Position numbers and translations under genes: made by a program. From assembly GCA_964016885.1 (NCBI GenBank), contig OZ024744.1, forward strand, positions 41,416,001 to 41,480,000: a DNA stretch of 64,000 nt, read 5' to 3'. Origin of the DNA: Eledone cirrhosa. Lineage: Eukaryota. The first letter of the stretch is position 1. Every line of letters begins with the position of its first letter. Below the pieces are notes generated by a model. The model did no database searches and was not told the DNA's origin. It was given only the letters and a program-made list of their open reading frames with translations. Shown piece by piece: positions 39,751-51,704 of the stretch.

Positions 39751-40251
39751 TTATATATATATACATATATGTATACATATACATATATGTATACAAACAC
39801 CATCATCATCACCGTTTAACATCCATTTAAATGGTGATGTTGATGATTATTGGATTGAAATCTTTGGCGCCACGCAGCATTACAGAAGATCCACCTTCCC
39901 TACATGCAAAGTTAACCTACAGTCAGTGGGCCCTCTAAACCAAACATACACCCCAACCCACTACTCCACTCCATCCTCCCACTCCCGCCAACTCCACCCT
40001 TTCTCTACAAAGTTACGTTGGTACCACAACATCCAGCCCGAAACAAATGAGGTCGTGTAGGTGTCATGACAAAAAAAAAAACACACAGTCCACCCTGTAA
40101 TGTGGCCGTGTAGGTAACATGGTAAAAAGTTCCCAGTCCACACTGTAAATGTGGTTGTGCCATAGAATACCTGCCAGATAGTCCTATACGAGTCACCCGA
40201 CAAATCTTGCCTCAAGTGGGACAACTCCCGTCTAATCCATGCACGCGTGAA

Positions 40252-40337
<86 letters not shown>

Positions 40338-40343
<6 letters not shown>

Positions 40344-40976
40344 AATATAGAGTTATTAACTCATATAGATACCCTGCAATTAACAAGCTCAAAGTATAAA
40401 TACTGAGCATTATAATATTAATATGTGTAGAAGTAAACACAGTAAACCCGTGTCTAAAATTACGAGGGTAGATTACACCACAAATGTTATATATCATTCA
40501 ACCTGAATCATATGGGATGTTACAAGATTTCTTACAAGATTTCTCATACATACCATATCAATAACCATTTCATCTCCCAGACAGATTAAAGATTTAATCT
40601 GTTTCGCTCCGAATGAATCGTGTTTGTAACAAGTAATCCGTAGGCATTTCGTCAGCAGGAGATAAGATTAAATGTTACATAACACCTATAACAATAAACT
40701 CACTAAAGTTTACACCTCGTGCGTTGAAAGTCATATGCGGTGCGAGTGGTTATGCTAGAAATAATATCCTATTTACACTCATTTTTATAAGCTCATCAGC
40801 CGAAATACAAATAAAATATAGAGTTATTAACTCATATAGATACGCTGCAATTAACAAGCTGTATGAGAAATCTTGAAAGAAATCTTGTAACATCCCATAT
40901 GATTCAGGTTGAATGATATATAACATTTGTGGTGTAATCTACCCTCGTAATTTTAGACACGGGATTTACTGTTTAC
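40338..40976 (-). mobile_element. ~471-bp HHR-bearing unit with 52-bp direct terminal redundancy plus a ~118-bp inverted duplication
   Basis: Direct repeat 40338-40389 / 40809-40860. Inverted repeat 40433-40550 / 40860-40976. HHR at 40572-40663. Confidence 0.65.
40572..40663 (-). ncRNA. Type I hammerhead motif with full stem III and GUC site
   Basis: Minus strand: ATCTCCTG-CTGACGA-aatGCCTACGGAT..ATTCGGAGC-GAAA-CAGATTAAA/TC/TTTAATCTG-TC-TGGGAGAT. Confidence 0.7.
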
Positions 40977-42056
40977 ATATTAATAAATATATATATATAT
41001 ATATTATATAAGTTAATCCAGGTTCAATCGGAGGTAACCACAGTAAGTAAGGTACTCAATACATAGCAGAGTATAAATGTTTAATATATATTAATGATGA
41101 TATATTATCATCATCCTCATCATCACCACCGTTTTACATCCATACTTCCACGCTAGCATGGGTTAGACAGGTTGTCTTGTTGTCCTCTTGCTCACACAAG
41201 AACTGATTCTGGCTTGATTTCTACAGCTGGATTCCCTTCCTAACACCAACCTCATTTACAGTGAGTGCTGGGTGCTTTTTATCTGTGGCACCTCCACGAC
41301 CACTTTGCAGTGGAATGATAGGGACCCCAGTCCCTATCATCTCATTTCTACAGCTGAGTAAACTGGAGCAATGTGAAATAAAGTGTCTTGCTTAAGGAAA
41401 CAACACATCACCCGGACCGAGAACTGAACTCACAACCTTTCGATTGCAAGCCCAATGCCCTAACCACTAAGCCATGCCTCTTCACATATTAAATGTATAT
41501 ATATATATATTAATTGGCAGATTAATTGCATAAGTTTATTTTAAAACTACCCGGTTGAGTGCTTATTCGATTTGTGCTATTTATGCAATTTTTTGCATGA
41601 TATACACATACTGAATTAATTTGGCAAAATCTGGGGTTTTTCCCCCTGTGAGTTACACACGTGCTTTTACAAAGCTCTATGTCATTCACAAAGTTGGTTA
41701 CAGAGCAAAATACCTATTGATAACGTGATATTCCTTGTTTGATCATTATACCAAAAGCTTATAATTTTAAGCAGACATTATTATTGATTTAGGTGTCATA
41801 GAAACTCTGCATTTGGATTTTACCATCGATTCCAATGGGTCCAGGTCTTTTTTTATTATTTATTTTATTTGACCTGTTTAGCTTGATTTGTTTTTTGGGT
41901 TAGGTGGTTAATGCCTTCTTAACCACTTTTTCAGTTTGTATGGCGTTTTAACATATTGTTTAGCACTGGTTTTTTTTAACTATTGATCGCTTGTCAGCAT
42001 AACTCTGCTTTTGCATTTCGTATCGCTTTCCCTACCTGCCGAGATGCGATTCTTGC

Positions 42057-42557
<501 letters not shown>

Positions 42558-42718
42558 GTATATATATATATAATATATATATATATGTATACATATATGT
42601 ATGTACATATACATACTTATATTTAATTTTAAGAATCAACTGTACTAAGAGTGAGAAATGAAATTTCATTTTTTTCATTTAGCGTTTTCGGTACCCGACA
42701 GACTGGTCGGTCAAGGTG

Positions 42719-42780
<62 letters not shown>

Positions 42781-43146
42781 CTTATGTTTACCGAATTCGC
42801 AGACCAGACCCCTTCTTCCTCCCTGTGCGAAATTCCTTCCTTGCTCACATTTCAACCAGGTGTGATGGTCTTTATTCTCTCGTTCACGATTCCACCGAAT
42901 TTATATTCATAGAAATCTGGGACTTGTTTCCTTCTTCCTCTCTTTTTGCTGCTTAAACCATTTTGTTTGTTTACCCTAGCGTCCCCTTTATTTACGTGTC
43001 CCAACGACTTTTTTTTAGCCGTTGCTCGCACCAACCTGAGGTATATGGACTTTAATGCGATGAAATGCCTACGACGGTTGGATGGCCACTGATGAGGACA
43101 AACTTTTTCATATGTTACCCATTTGCAGCGCCGCAGCTCCATTATT

Positions 43147-43215
<69 letters not shown>

Positions 43216-43311
43216 GTATACATATATGTATGTACATACACATACTTATATTTAAGTATCAGCCGTACTAAGAGTGAGAGATGAAATTTCATTTTTTCCA
43301 TTTATATATAT

Positions 43312-43345
<34 letters not shown>

Positions 43346-43382
43346 GCTACCATGGAGGATGGACGTTAAACGAAGATGATGA

Positions 43383-43417
<35 letters not shown>

Positions 43418-43418
<1 letters not shown>

Positions 43419-44328
43419 TCTCTCTCTCCCCCTCCCCCTCTCTCTCTCTCTTAGCTACATATATATATATATATAAGATAAATTCCCCCTTCATGGTTAA
43501 TCACTTTCGCCAATTCATTGCTGCTTCAATTCAGTGCTGTTTCCTAATACGGTGTACCCATGTAATCGTAACGTACACATTTTTCTATCTACTCCACGCT
43601 TCAATTTCGTACCTAGTCCAAACATCCAATCTCGCAAAATCCGAAATCTGTATTTTTTGTTATTTATTTATGTTAAATACGGTTGTTTTTGTCGTATTGA
43701 ACAGAACAAATCTTGCATTTTTGCTTTTTGTTAATCGCTTAAACATTCATAACCTTCCAGCTAGCCACCCAATTCCTCAATTCCTTAATTCTATCGTATT
43801 CTCCAATTCCTTAATTCTATCGTATTCTCAAAACAAAACGAAATCCTTCCCATTCTACTTCTTATAAATTCCTTTAAATATATATTATGCTGCTTCGAAA
43901 GTCAAATCCCGCTTCTACACCCAGGCGCCCAGGCACCCTTCACCCTCCATCTACTTCACGAGGGACTGCGGTCAGCCACTCTCTCTCTCTCTCCCCCTCC
44001 CCCCCTCTCTCTCTCTTAGCTACATATATATATATATAAGATAAATTCCCCCTTCATGGTTAATCACTTTCGCCAATTCATTGCTGCTTCAATTCAGTGC
44101 TGTTTCCTAATACGGTGTACCCATGTAATCGTAACGTACACATTTTTCTATCTACTCCACGCTTCAATTTCGTACCTAGTCCAAACATCCAATCTCGCAA
44201 AATCCGAAATCTGTATTTTTTGTTATTTATTTATGTTAAATACGGTTGTTTTTGTCGTATTGAACAGAACAAATCTTGCATTTTTGCTTTTTGTTAATCG
44301 CTTAAACATAACCTTCCAGCTAGCTACC
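43418..44328. repeat. Near-identical ~350-bp direct duplication (43418-43770 / 43979-44328)
   Basis: Direct comparison. ORFs 43534 and 44097 translate identically. Confidence 0.95.
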
Positions 44329-44479
44329 CCACACCCCTCCCACCCACCACCATTCTTAATACGTGGACCAATCATAAGCCAGAGCCCCCCCCCCCTCGCA
44401 TCACCATTATTATTATTACGCGGACCAAATCATAAGCCAGAGGCCTATACTATCGCTTGCCCGGTTGCCTTCGATATAT

Positions 44480-47400
44480 GATGGATGGATGGATGGATGG
44501 ACTGCGGAATCCTGGAGAGTGGAAGGGAGAGAAAAATCTGGACGCTCAGAGCGAAAATGCCAAAGTTAAAGTCAAATTCACCTCGTGGATGAGAATGCGA
44601 GCACTCCTCTTTGTTTCGTCCGCGGATGGCTAACATAACCCCATCTCCCCCCGCCCCCCACCGCCCCCACCCTCCAAACGCATTCCAAAACTTCACAGTT
44701 GGTACCATAAATGTAGGCACCCTGAAGGGTCGCGCTAACGAGGTCGTAGAAATGCTTGAACGTAAGGAGGTCGATGTTTGTTGTATTCAAGAGACCAGAT
44801 GGAGGGGTGGGTCTGCTAGATTCATTGAGGGTAAAAAACGATGTTATAAGCTTTTCTGGGTGGGAAACGACGATGGGCTGGGTGGAGTAGGAATCATGGT
44901 AGCAGAAAAGTGGGCAGATAAGATAATAGACGTAAATAGAGTGAACGACAGAATAATTAAAATACGACTTGTCCTCAATAGAACTACGGTGACAGTAATA
45001 TCTGCGTACGCACCCCAATCCGGACTGCCCGGCACTATAAAAGACAGATTCTATGAGACACTGATGCTAACTACCTCCCAAATATCCGACAGTGACTATA
45101 TAATTATTGCAGGCGACCTAAATGGTCACGTTGGACAACATTGTGACGGCTACGACGAAATCCATGGAGGCTATGGGTTTGGTACTAGAAATGAGGAAGG
45201 CTCCAGAATCCTGGAATTCTGTGATGCAAATAACCTAACTATCTGTAACACTAACTTCAAAAAACGTGACAATCACCTGATCACCTATAGATCCGGGGAA
45301 CACACAAGCCAGGTAGATTATATCCTTACCAGAAGACGTGACAGAGTGTCTGTTGTAAACACTAAATCCCTCCCCCATGAAGAATGCACCTCCCAACATA
45401 GACTGATAATTAGCGACCTCATAGTCAGGACGAGACGTACTCAACAGCAGAAGAGGACTATCCCCAGGAGAAAAATATGGAAGCTAAAGGACCCCACAGC
45501 CAGAAATAAATTTCAAAGCATATTACTTGATGCTTTCGACAGTAAGGAAGAACATTTAGAGTCGGACAATATAGAGGGACAGTGGGAATTTCTGAAAGCA
45601 AACCTGCTGTTGGCGACAGACGAAGTCTGTGGCTGGAGCAGGCCTGTAGGCAGGAGGAGAGTAACATGGTGGTGGAACAGTAAGGTGGAGGGGTCAATTA
45701 AGGCCAAAAAGCAGGCTTGGAAAGTATGGCGGGATGGGGGATGTAGAGAAGACTATCAAGTGGCCAGGAGGGAAGCTAGGAGACAAGTGTACTTAGCAAG
45801 AAGGGAAGCTGAGGAAAGAAAGTTCAAGCATGTTCTACAACGCGATGACCAAAAACGTGAGGTGTTCAGGATTGCTAGGCAATGCGTCAAGGAAAACCGT
45901 GATATTGTCGGGGAGAAGTGTGTACTTAACGATGATGGCATACTTGCCATCACCGACGCTGATAAGAAGGTAGCTTGGAAGTGTCACTATGAAAGGCTAC
46001 TAAATGAGGAGAATAAAAGGGAGAAAGACAGTCTCCCCCATATCGACCCAATAGAGGGACCAGCAGTGTTAGTCGAGGGGAGTATAATAAGTAAGGCAAT
46101 CAATGATATGAAGACGGGTCAGGCGGCTGGGCCTTCGGAAATAGTTGCTGAGATGCTGAAGGCATCTGGCACGGTGGGACACACCATGGTCACCCGCATA
46201 GTTAACCAAGTCGTACAGAATGGGGTAGTTCCAAAGGACTGGCATAGCAGCATCATCGTTAACTGTTATAAGGGTAAAGAGACGCCCTAGATAGGAGTAA
46301 CTATAGAGGCATTAAATTAATCGACCAGGTCATGAAGGTCACGGAAAAAGTAATAGCGCAACTAATCAGAGAGAGAATTGACCTAGATGAAATGCAGTTC
46401 GGGTTTGTGTCAGGCAAAAGTACCACAGACGCTCTTTTCATAGTACGACAACTACAGGAGAAGTACCTAGCTAAAGGTAAACCCCTCTACTTAGCTTTTG
46501 TTGACTTGGAGAAAGCATTCGACAGAGTCCCCCGCTCCATTATCTGGTGGGCTCTTAGAAAACTAGGCGTTGACGAATGGCTTGTGAGGGCTATACAAGC
46601 CATGTATAAAGAAACAGTCAGCAAGGTTAGAATTAACAACGAATATAGTGAAGAGTTTAGCGTAAAAGTTGGCGTCCATCAGGGCTCTGTTCTCAGCCCC
46701 CTACTATTTATTATTGCAATCAGGCAATAACAGAGGAGTTCAAGACTGGCTGGCCATGGGAACTCCTATACGCAGACGACCTGACACTCATAGCGGAATC
46801 AATGGCCGAGCTAGAGAAGAAATTCCAAACATGGAAGCACGGCCTAGAGTCAAAAGGACTTAAAATAACCTGGCTAAGACTAAAGTTCTAGTTTGTAGGA
46901 AAGAAAACAAGGCGGCGGTCCCTTCTGGGAAATGGTCGTGCTCGGTGTATAGGAAAGGCGTAGGTAGAAACTCCATTTTATGTCCTAAATGCAAAGTATG
47001 GGTGCATAAAAGATGTAGTGGGATCACAGGTAAGCTAACTAAGAACATAGATTTTACATGTGGCCGGTGTTCTGGTGCAATAAGTAGCAGCAAGTGCCCA
47101 CAAAATACTAGCTCTTTCAATTGCGCAGAGGGTTCTATAGAAATAGTGGACAGCTTCCGTTACCTGGGCGATAAAATCAGCAGTGGGGGAGGGTGCTCTG
47201 ATAGTACAGTAGCTAGAGTCAGAACTGGTTGGAAAAAGTTCAGAGAGCTTATACCACTATTAGCTGCTAAAGTGTTCTCCCTAAAAATGAAAGGCAGGTT
47301 GTACGATGCCTGCATACGAACAGTAATGTTGCATGGCAGTGAGACCTGGGCAATGTGTGCAGAGGATATACGCAGACTAGAGAGGAACGAAGCTTGCATG

Positions 47401-48091
47401 CTCCGCTGGATGTGTAACAGTAATATACGTGAACGGCAAAGCATAAACAAACTAAGGAAAAAATTAGAGATAAGAGGGATCAGATGTTGTTTACTCGAGA
47501 GAAGGCTACGTTGGTATGGACACGTGATGCGCATGAAAGTCGATAGCTGTATAACAAAGTGCAGGGCAATAAAGATAGACGGTAGCCACGGAATAGGCAG
47601 ACCTAGAAAAACCTGGGACGAGCTGATAAACTCCGACCTCACACACTTACACCTCTCCAAGACAATGTCACTGGACCGAGACCTTTGGCGGTACTCAGTA
47701 ACAGAGAAGACCCGCCTTGCCAGTAGGCATCTCTAACAAAATACACCCCGTCCCGCCACCACCCCCACCCATCCACACCACCCCGTTCTATGTAAAGTTA
47801 TGTTTGTGCCGCGCCATCCAGGCCGAAACAAATGAGATCGTGTAGGTGTCACGACAAAAAAACACACAGTGCACGCTGTAATGTGGCCGTGTAGGCAACA
47901 CGGTAAAAACCTCCCAGACCCACACTGTAAATGTGGTTGGTGTTAGGAAGGGCATCCAACTGTAGAAAACCTGCCAGACAGCCCTATGCGAGCAAGACAA
48001 TCACTCTTGTCTCAAGTGGGACTACCCCCGTCCAAACCCATGCAAGCGTGGAACACGGACGTTAAACGTTGATGATGATGATGATGATGAT
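44480..48091 (+). mobile_element. Near full-length RTE-clade LINE (APE, RT, PHD-like finger), about 3 frameshifts
   Basis: 44611-46290 APE ('VGTINVGTL', 'CIQETRW', 'IIAGDLNGHVG', 'QVDYIL', 'TSQHRL'). 46332-46730 RT. 46945-47736 C-terminus. (GAT)n tail. 5' boundary approximate. Confidence 0.95.
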
Positions 48092-48986
48092 ACATTATAT
48101 ACATTATATGTATATATATATATATATGAATGTTTGTCTAGATATAATGTAAATATACACACAGAAATCAATGAGACCAAATGAAGCCATTTTCTAAGTA
48201 TGTCTCACGAGTTTCCTAACGTGATGTGGTTTTCATGATGACGTCATCAGATGGAGCTGGGTAAACTATGTGGAGATGTGCTCAATACACTGTATAGTGA
48301 CAGACAGAGAGGAGAATACAGAGAGGGCCAAGAAAGAGGCAGAATGAGAGAAAGAGAAAGAGAGAGCTATATATATATAGATAGAGAAGCAAGAAAATCA
48401 ATACTGTATTGCAGAGAAGGTTATTGAATAAAACAGGGGGAGAGGAGGTTAGAAAATGAGTGTTTGAGCATGGTTCATCTATGTGTATATGTGAGTTTGT
48501 GCCTGTGTTCATGTATGTGTGTATGTGTGTGTGCGTGTGTGTGTGCGTGTATGTGTGTGTGAGAGAGAGACATGAGAATTTTTGTGTGTATATGTGTGTG
48601 ATACAGAAACTGAAAGAGAGACAGAAAAAGAGAATGACTGTGTGTGTCAGTGTCAGTGTGTTTGTGTGTGTGTTTCAGCGTTAGTGTGTGTGTGTGTGTA
48701 TGTGAAATATGTGCAGCTTTACTAATTATAGAGAGAAAGACAGGAAGCTAAAGATTGAGAAGAACAGAAGGGGGTGGGGAGGAGGGTGCAGACTGGGATT
48801 GAGTGAGATAGAGAAGAGGGAAAAACAGAGAAACACAGAAAGAAAGAGAGAGAGAGAGAGAGAGTGAATGAGAGAGAGAGAATTAATATATTGAGAGAGA
48901 AATAGCAGTATGTGTATGTGTGTATATAGGTGTGTGAGTTTGTGTGTGTATGTATATGTATGTCTGTGGATTCTGGCACCAGTCAC

Positions 48987-49186
48987 NNNNNNNNNNNNNN
49001 NNNNNNNNNNNNNNNNNNNNNNNNNNNNNNNNNNNNNNNNNNNNNNNNNNNNNNNNNNNNNNNNNNNNNNNNNNNNNNNNNNNNNNNNNNNNNNNNNNNN
49101 NNNNNNNNNNNNNNNNNNNNNNNNNNNNNNNNNNNNNNNNNNNNNNNNNNNNNNNNNNNNNNNNNNNNNNNNNNNNNNNNNNNNNN
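48987..49186. other. Assembly gap (200 N)
   Basis: Run of N. Confidence 1.
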
Positions 49187-49504
49187 TATTTTAGGGCGGT
49201 GGATTGGCAGTATCGGTAGAGGGTCGGACGCCATGCTTTGATGCATAGAGTTACGGCCCTTTATGGTCTGAGTTCGAATCCCGCTGAGGTTAACTTTGCC
49301 TTTCATCCTTACGGGGTCAATAAAATAAAGTACCAGTAATGCACTGGGTAATTGCTGGCCTTGTGCCAAAAGTAGAAACAATTATTTTATTTTATTTTAT
49401 GGTCTCTTGTCACACATGGCATGTCATGGGACCAACAATAGCTCCTCATCTTTTCAGTGTGCACTACCATGCCTCACATTGCTTGCTGCAACTCAATATT
49501 ATTT

Positions 49505-49785
49505 TTATCCTCATCACTATCGTCATCATTACCATTATCACAATCATCATCACAATCATCATTATTACCGCACTCCACCGCTTCAGCATCATTAACCACC
49601 CTACCATTACCACCTCGACCACCACCACTGCCGCCACCATCATCACAACCATTATCATTTCCATTATCACATGCCACCTCTTTAGCATCAACAAGACTAC
49701 CACCACAACCACCACCAACAACAACATCTTCATCATTACCACTCCCACCACTGCCACCACTGCCAACACCTCCACTATCATCATT
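49505..49785. repeat. Low-complexity (CAT/CAC/CAA)n tract
   Basis: Seen directly. Generates spurious Thr/Ile/Ser-rich ORFs. Confidence 0.9.
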
Positions 49786-50830
49786 AGAGTGTTTTGGGAT
49801 AAATGCTTCGCAGCACTTGTTTGATCTCATTATCTTCTGAGTTAAAATCCTGACAAATTTAGACAGATTACTTGCTTTGTGATATTTGTTCCAGCTCTCT
49901 GCACTCTCAGTTCAAATCCTCATGTCCAACCATTCCAGGTGATATGATAATGATAGATTTTTTTTTCAGACTGGAACTTAATGTTCCAATGAAAACATAA
50001 CGGTTGATTAACAGAATCATTAGACCATCAAACAAAATGCTTCTTGGCATTGAGTTACAGCTCATTACATTCTGAGTTGAAATCCTGAGGAGACTAATTT
50101 TGTTGTTCATTCTGGCAGGGTCCATAAAATAAAATAGCTGTCAAATAGAGGGGTCAATATAATCGACTGTTCCTCTTCACCCACATTTCTGGCCTTGTAC
50201 CTCAAAATCGTTAGAGTGTCAAATAAAATGCTTTGCAAAATTTGCCCCTGGTTCTTTATGTTCTGAGTTCAGATCCTGTCTAAGTTAACCCCTTAGCATT
50301 TACATTACTCTATATTTACTATTGTATTTTAACAGTAAAGGCTTTACCTCATATAATTATCTCACAAAAAAAAAAAATTGGAGACAAGGAAGGATGTTTG
50401 ACCACGTCTTCCCAAACAAAATACAATATTATCACCAAAAGCTGCCCTTTTAACACATGTCAGATGGATTACAATATTCATTATTACAAATACTTTGACT
50501 GTTCCCTGACTACTAGTACCAGCTTCAAGATAAAATTATTTTAACGAAGTATATTTGATTTTCGCCAACAAACCACGTGTGGACATAAACTGGTGGGGGG
50601 GGGGATCACTACATCCCTTAGGGATCGCAGTAAGTACTCTCACAAAATCTATAAACAACAATATACACACAGCTTTTTATATAGATACATACCGCAGACG
50701 CATATACACACAAGTAAAAAGAAACCACACTATTTCGTGTGAGACACTATACCGGCCAATCTTATGTACATTTGTAAAATCTTTATGAACACTGACTTCC
50801 CTTCTAACCCACATACACCTTTTAATTATA

Positions 50831-51597
50831 CTAGGTGTGTCAGCAAAGTTCCAGGACTGATGTCACAAAAGATTTATTTCAAACCCAAACTTCACACTAA
50901 GAGTTTTCTGCTTCAAAGTAATCCCCCTGAAGTCTAATGCACTTTTCCATCCAGGTCGTACTCAAAGATCCATGACTCATCACTGTCCCTAGCAAGTGTG
51001 GTTCAGTTTCAAGACGCTCGAGGATGTCCTGGCACACTTGCATGCGTCGACCCTTCTGGTCATCGTTCAGCAGTTTTGTCACCATCTTCGTGCAGACTTT
51101 CCGCATGTCCAAATCTTCAGTGAGAAACTTCCAGACGCTCTCCCGATTCATGCCCAGCTCATTTGCCATCAGTCGAACAATCAGCCGACGATCGCTACAC
51201 ACCATCTGCCTGATGTGCTCAACCTTGACCTCAGTCCTGGTTGTTGAGGGCCTTCCGCTCCTGGTGTCATCTTGCACCACTCAAAAACATGTGAGCGTGA
51301 CATCGTCTCATCTCCATACACTTGCTGCAGCAATCCCAGTGCTTCTGATGGAGTTTTTCCCCAACCGTACCAGAAACTTCAAGTTTGTTCGATGCTCTGT
51401 GGTCATTGCTTAATGACCTGAAACAGAGGACATGTATATAAAATAATGAAGAAAAAAGTTTGATCGCTGCAGAGAGCTAAGATTACAGTTACACACTCCA
51501 GGGGGATTACTTTGAAGGAGGAAACTCTTAGTGTGAAGTTTGGGTTTGAAATAAATCTTTTGTGACATCAGTCCTGGAACTTTTCTGACACACCTCG
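50831..51597 (-). mobile_element. Internally deleted mariner (Tc1/mariner) derivative with ~99-bp TIRs and TA target duplication
   Basis: ORF 50897-51280 'DDTRSGRPST..LTEDLDMRKVCTKMVTKLL..WMEKCIRLQGDYFE'. TIRs 50831-50929 / 51499-51597 flanked by TA. Confidence 0.9.
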
Positions 51598-51704
51598 TAT
51601 ATTCGTGTGCAGATCTTTTTGCATACACACATACACAATACATAGGAAAACAGAAACACAAATACAAAAACAAAACATAAACAAACATTTATCTCATTTA
51701 AACT

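Noticed and set aside
43055-43115. CTGATGAGGAC resembling an HHR core, within unclassified 42775-43145
   Set aside because: No closing stem II or GAAA downstream, and no recognisable protein in the overlapping ORF.
48225-48255. Minus-strand CTGATGA..GAAA and TGACGTCA palindrome
   Set aside because: No stem I or stem II pairing. A single CRE-like 8-mer is expected by chance.
49339-49840. Mucin-like or acidic ORFs on both strands
   Set aside because: Low-complexity trinucleotide tract.
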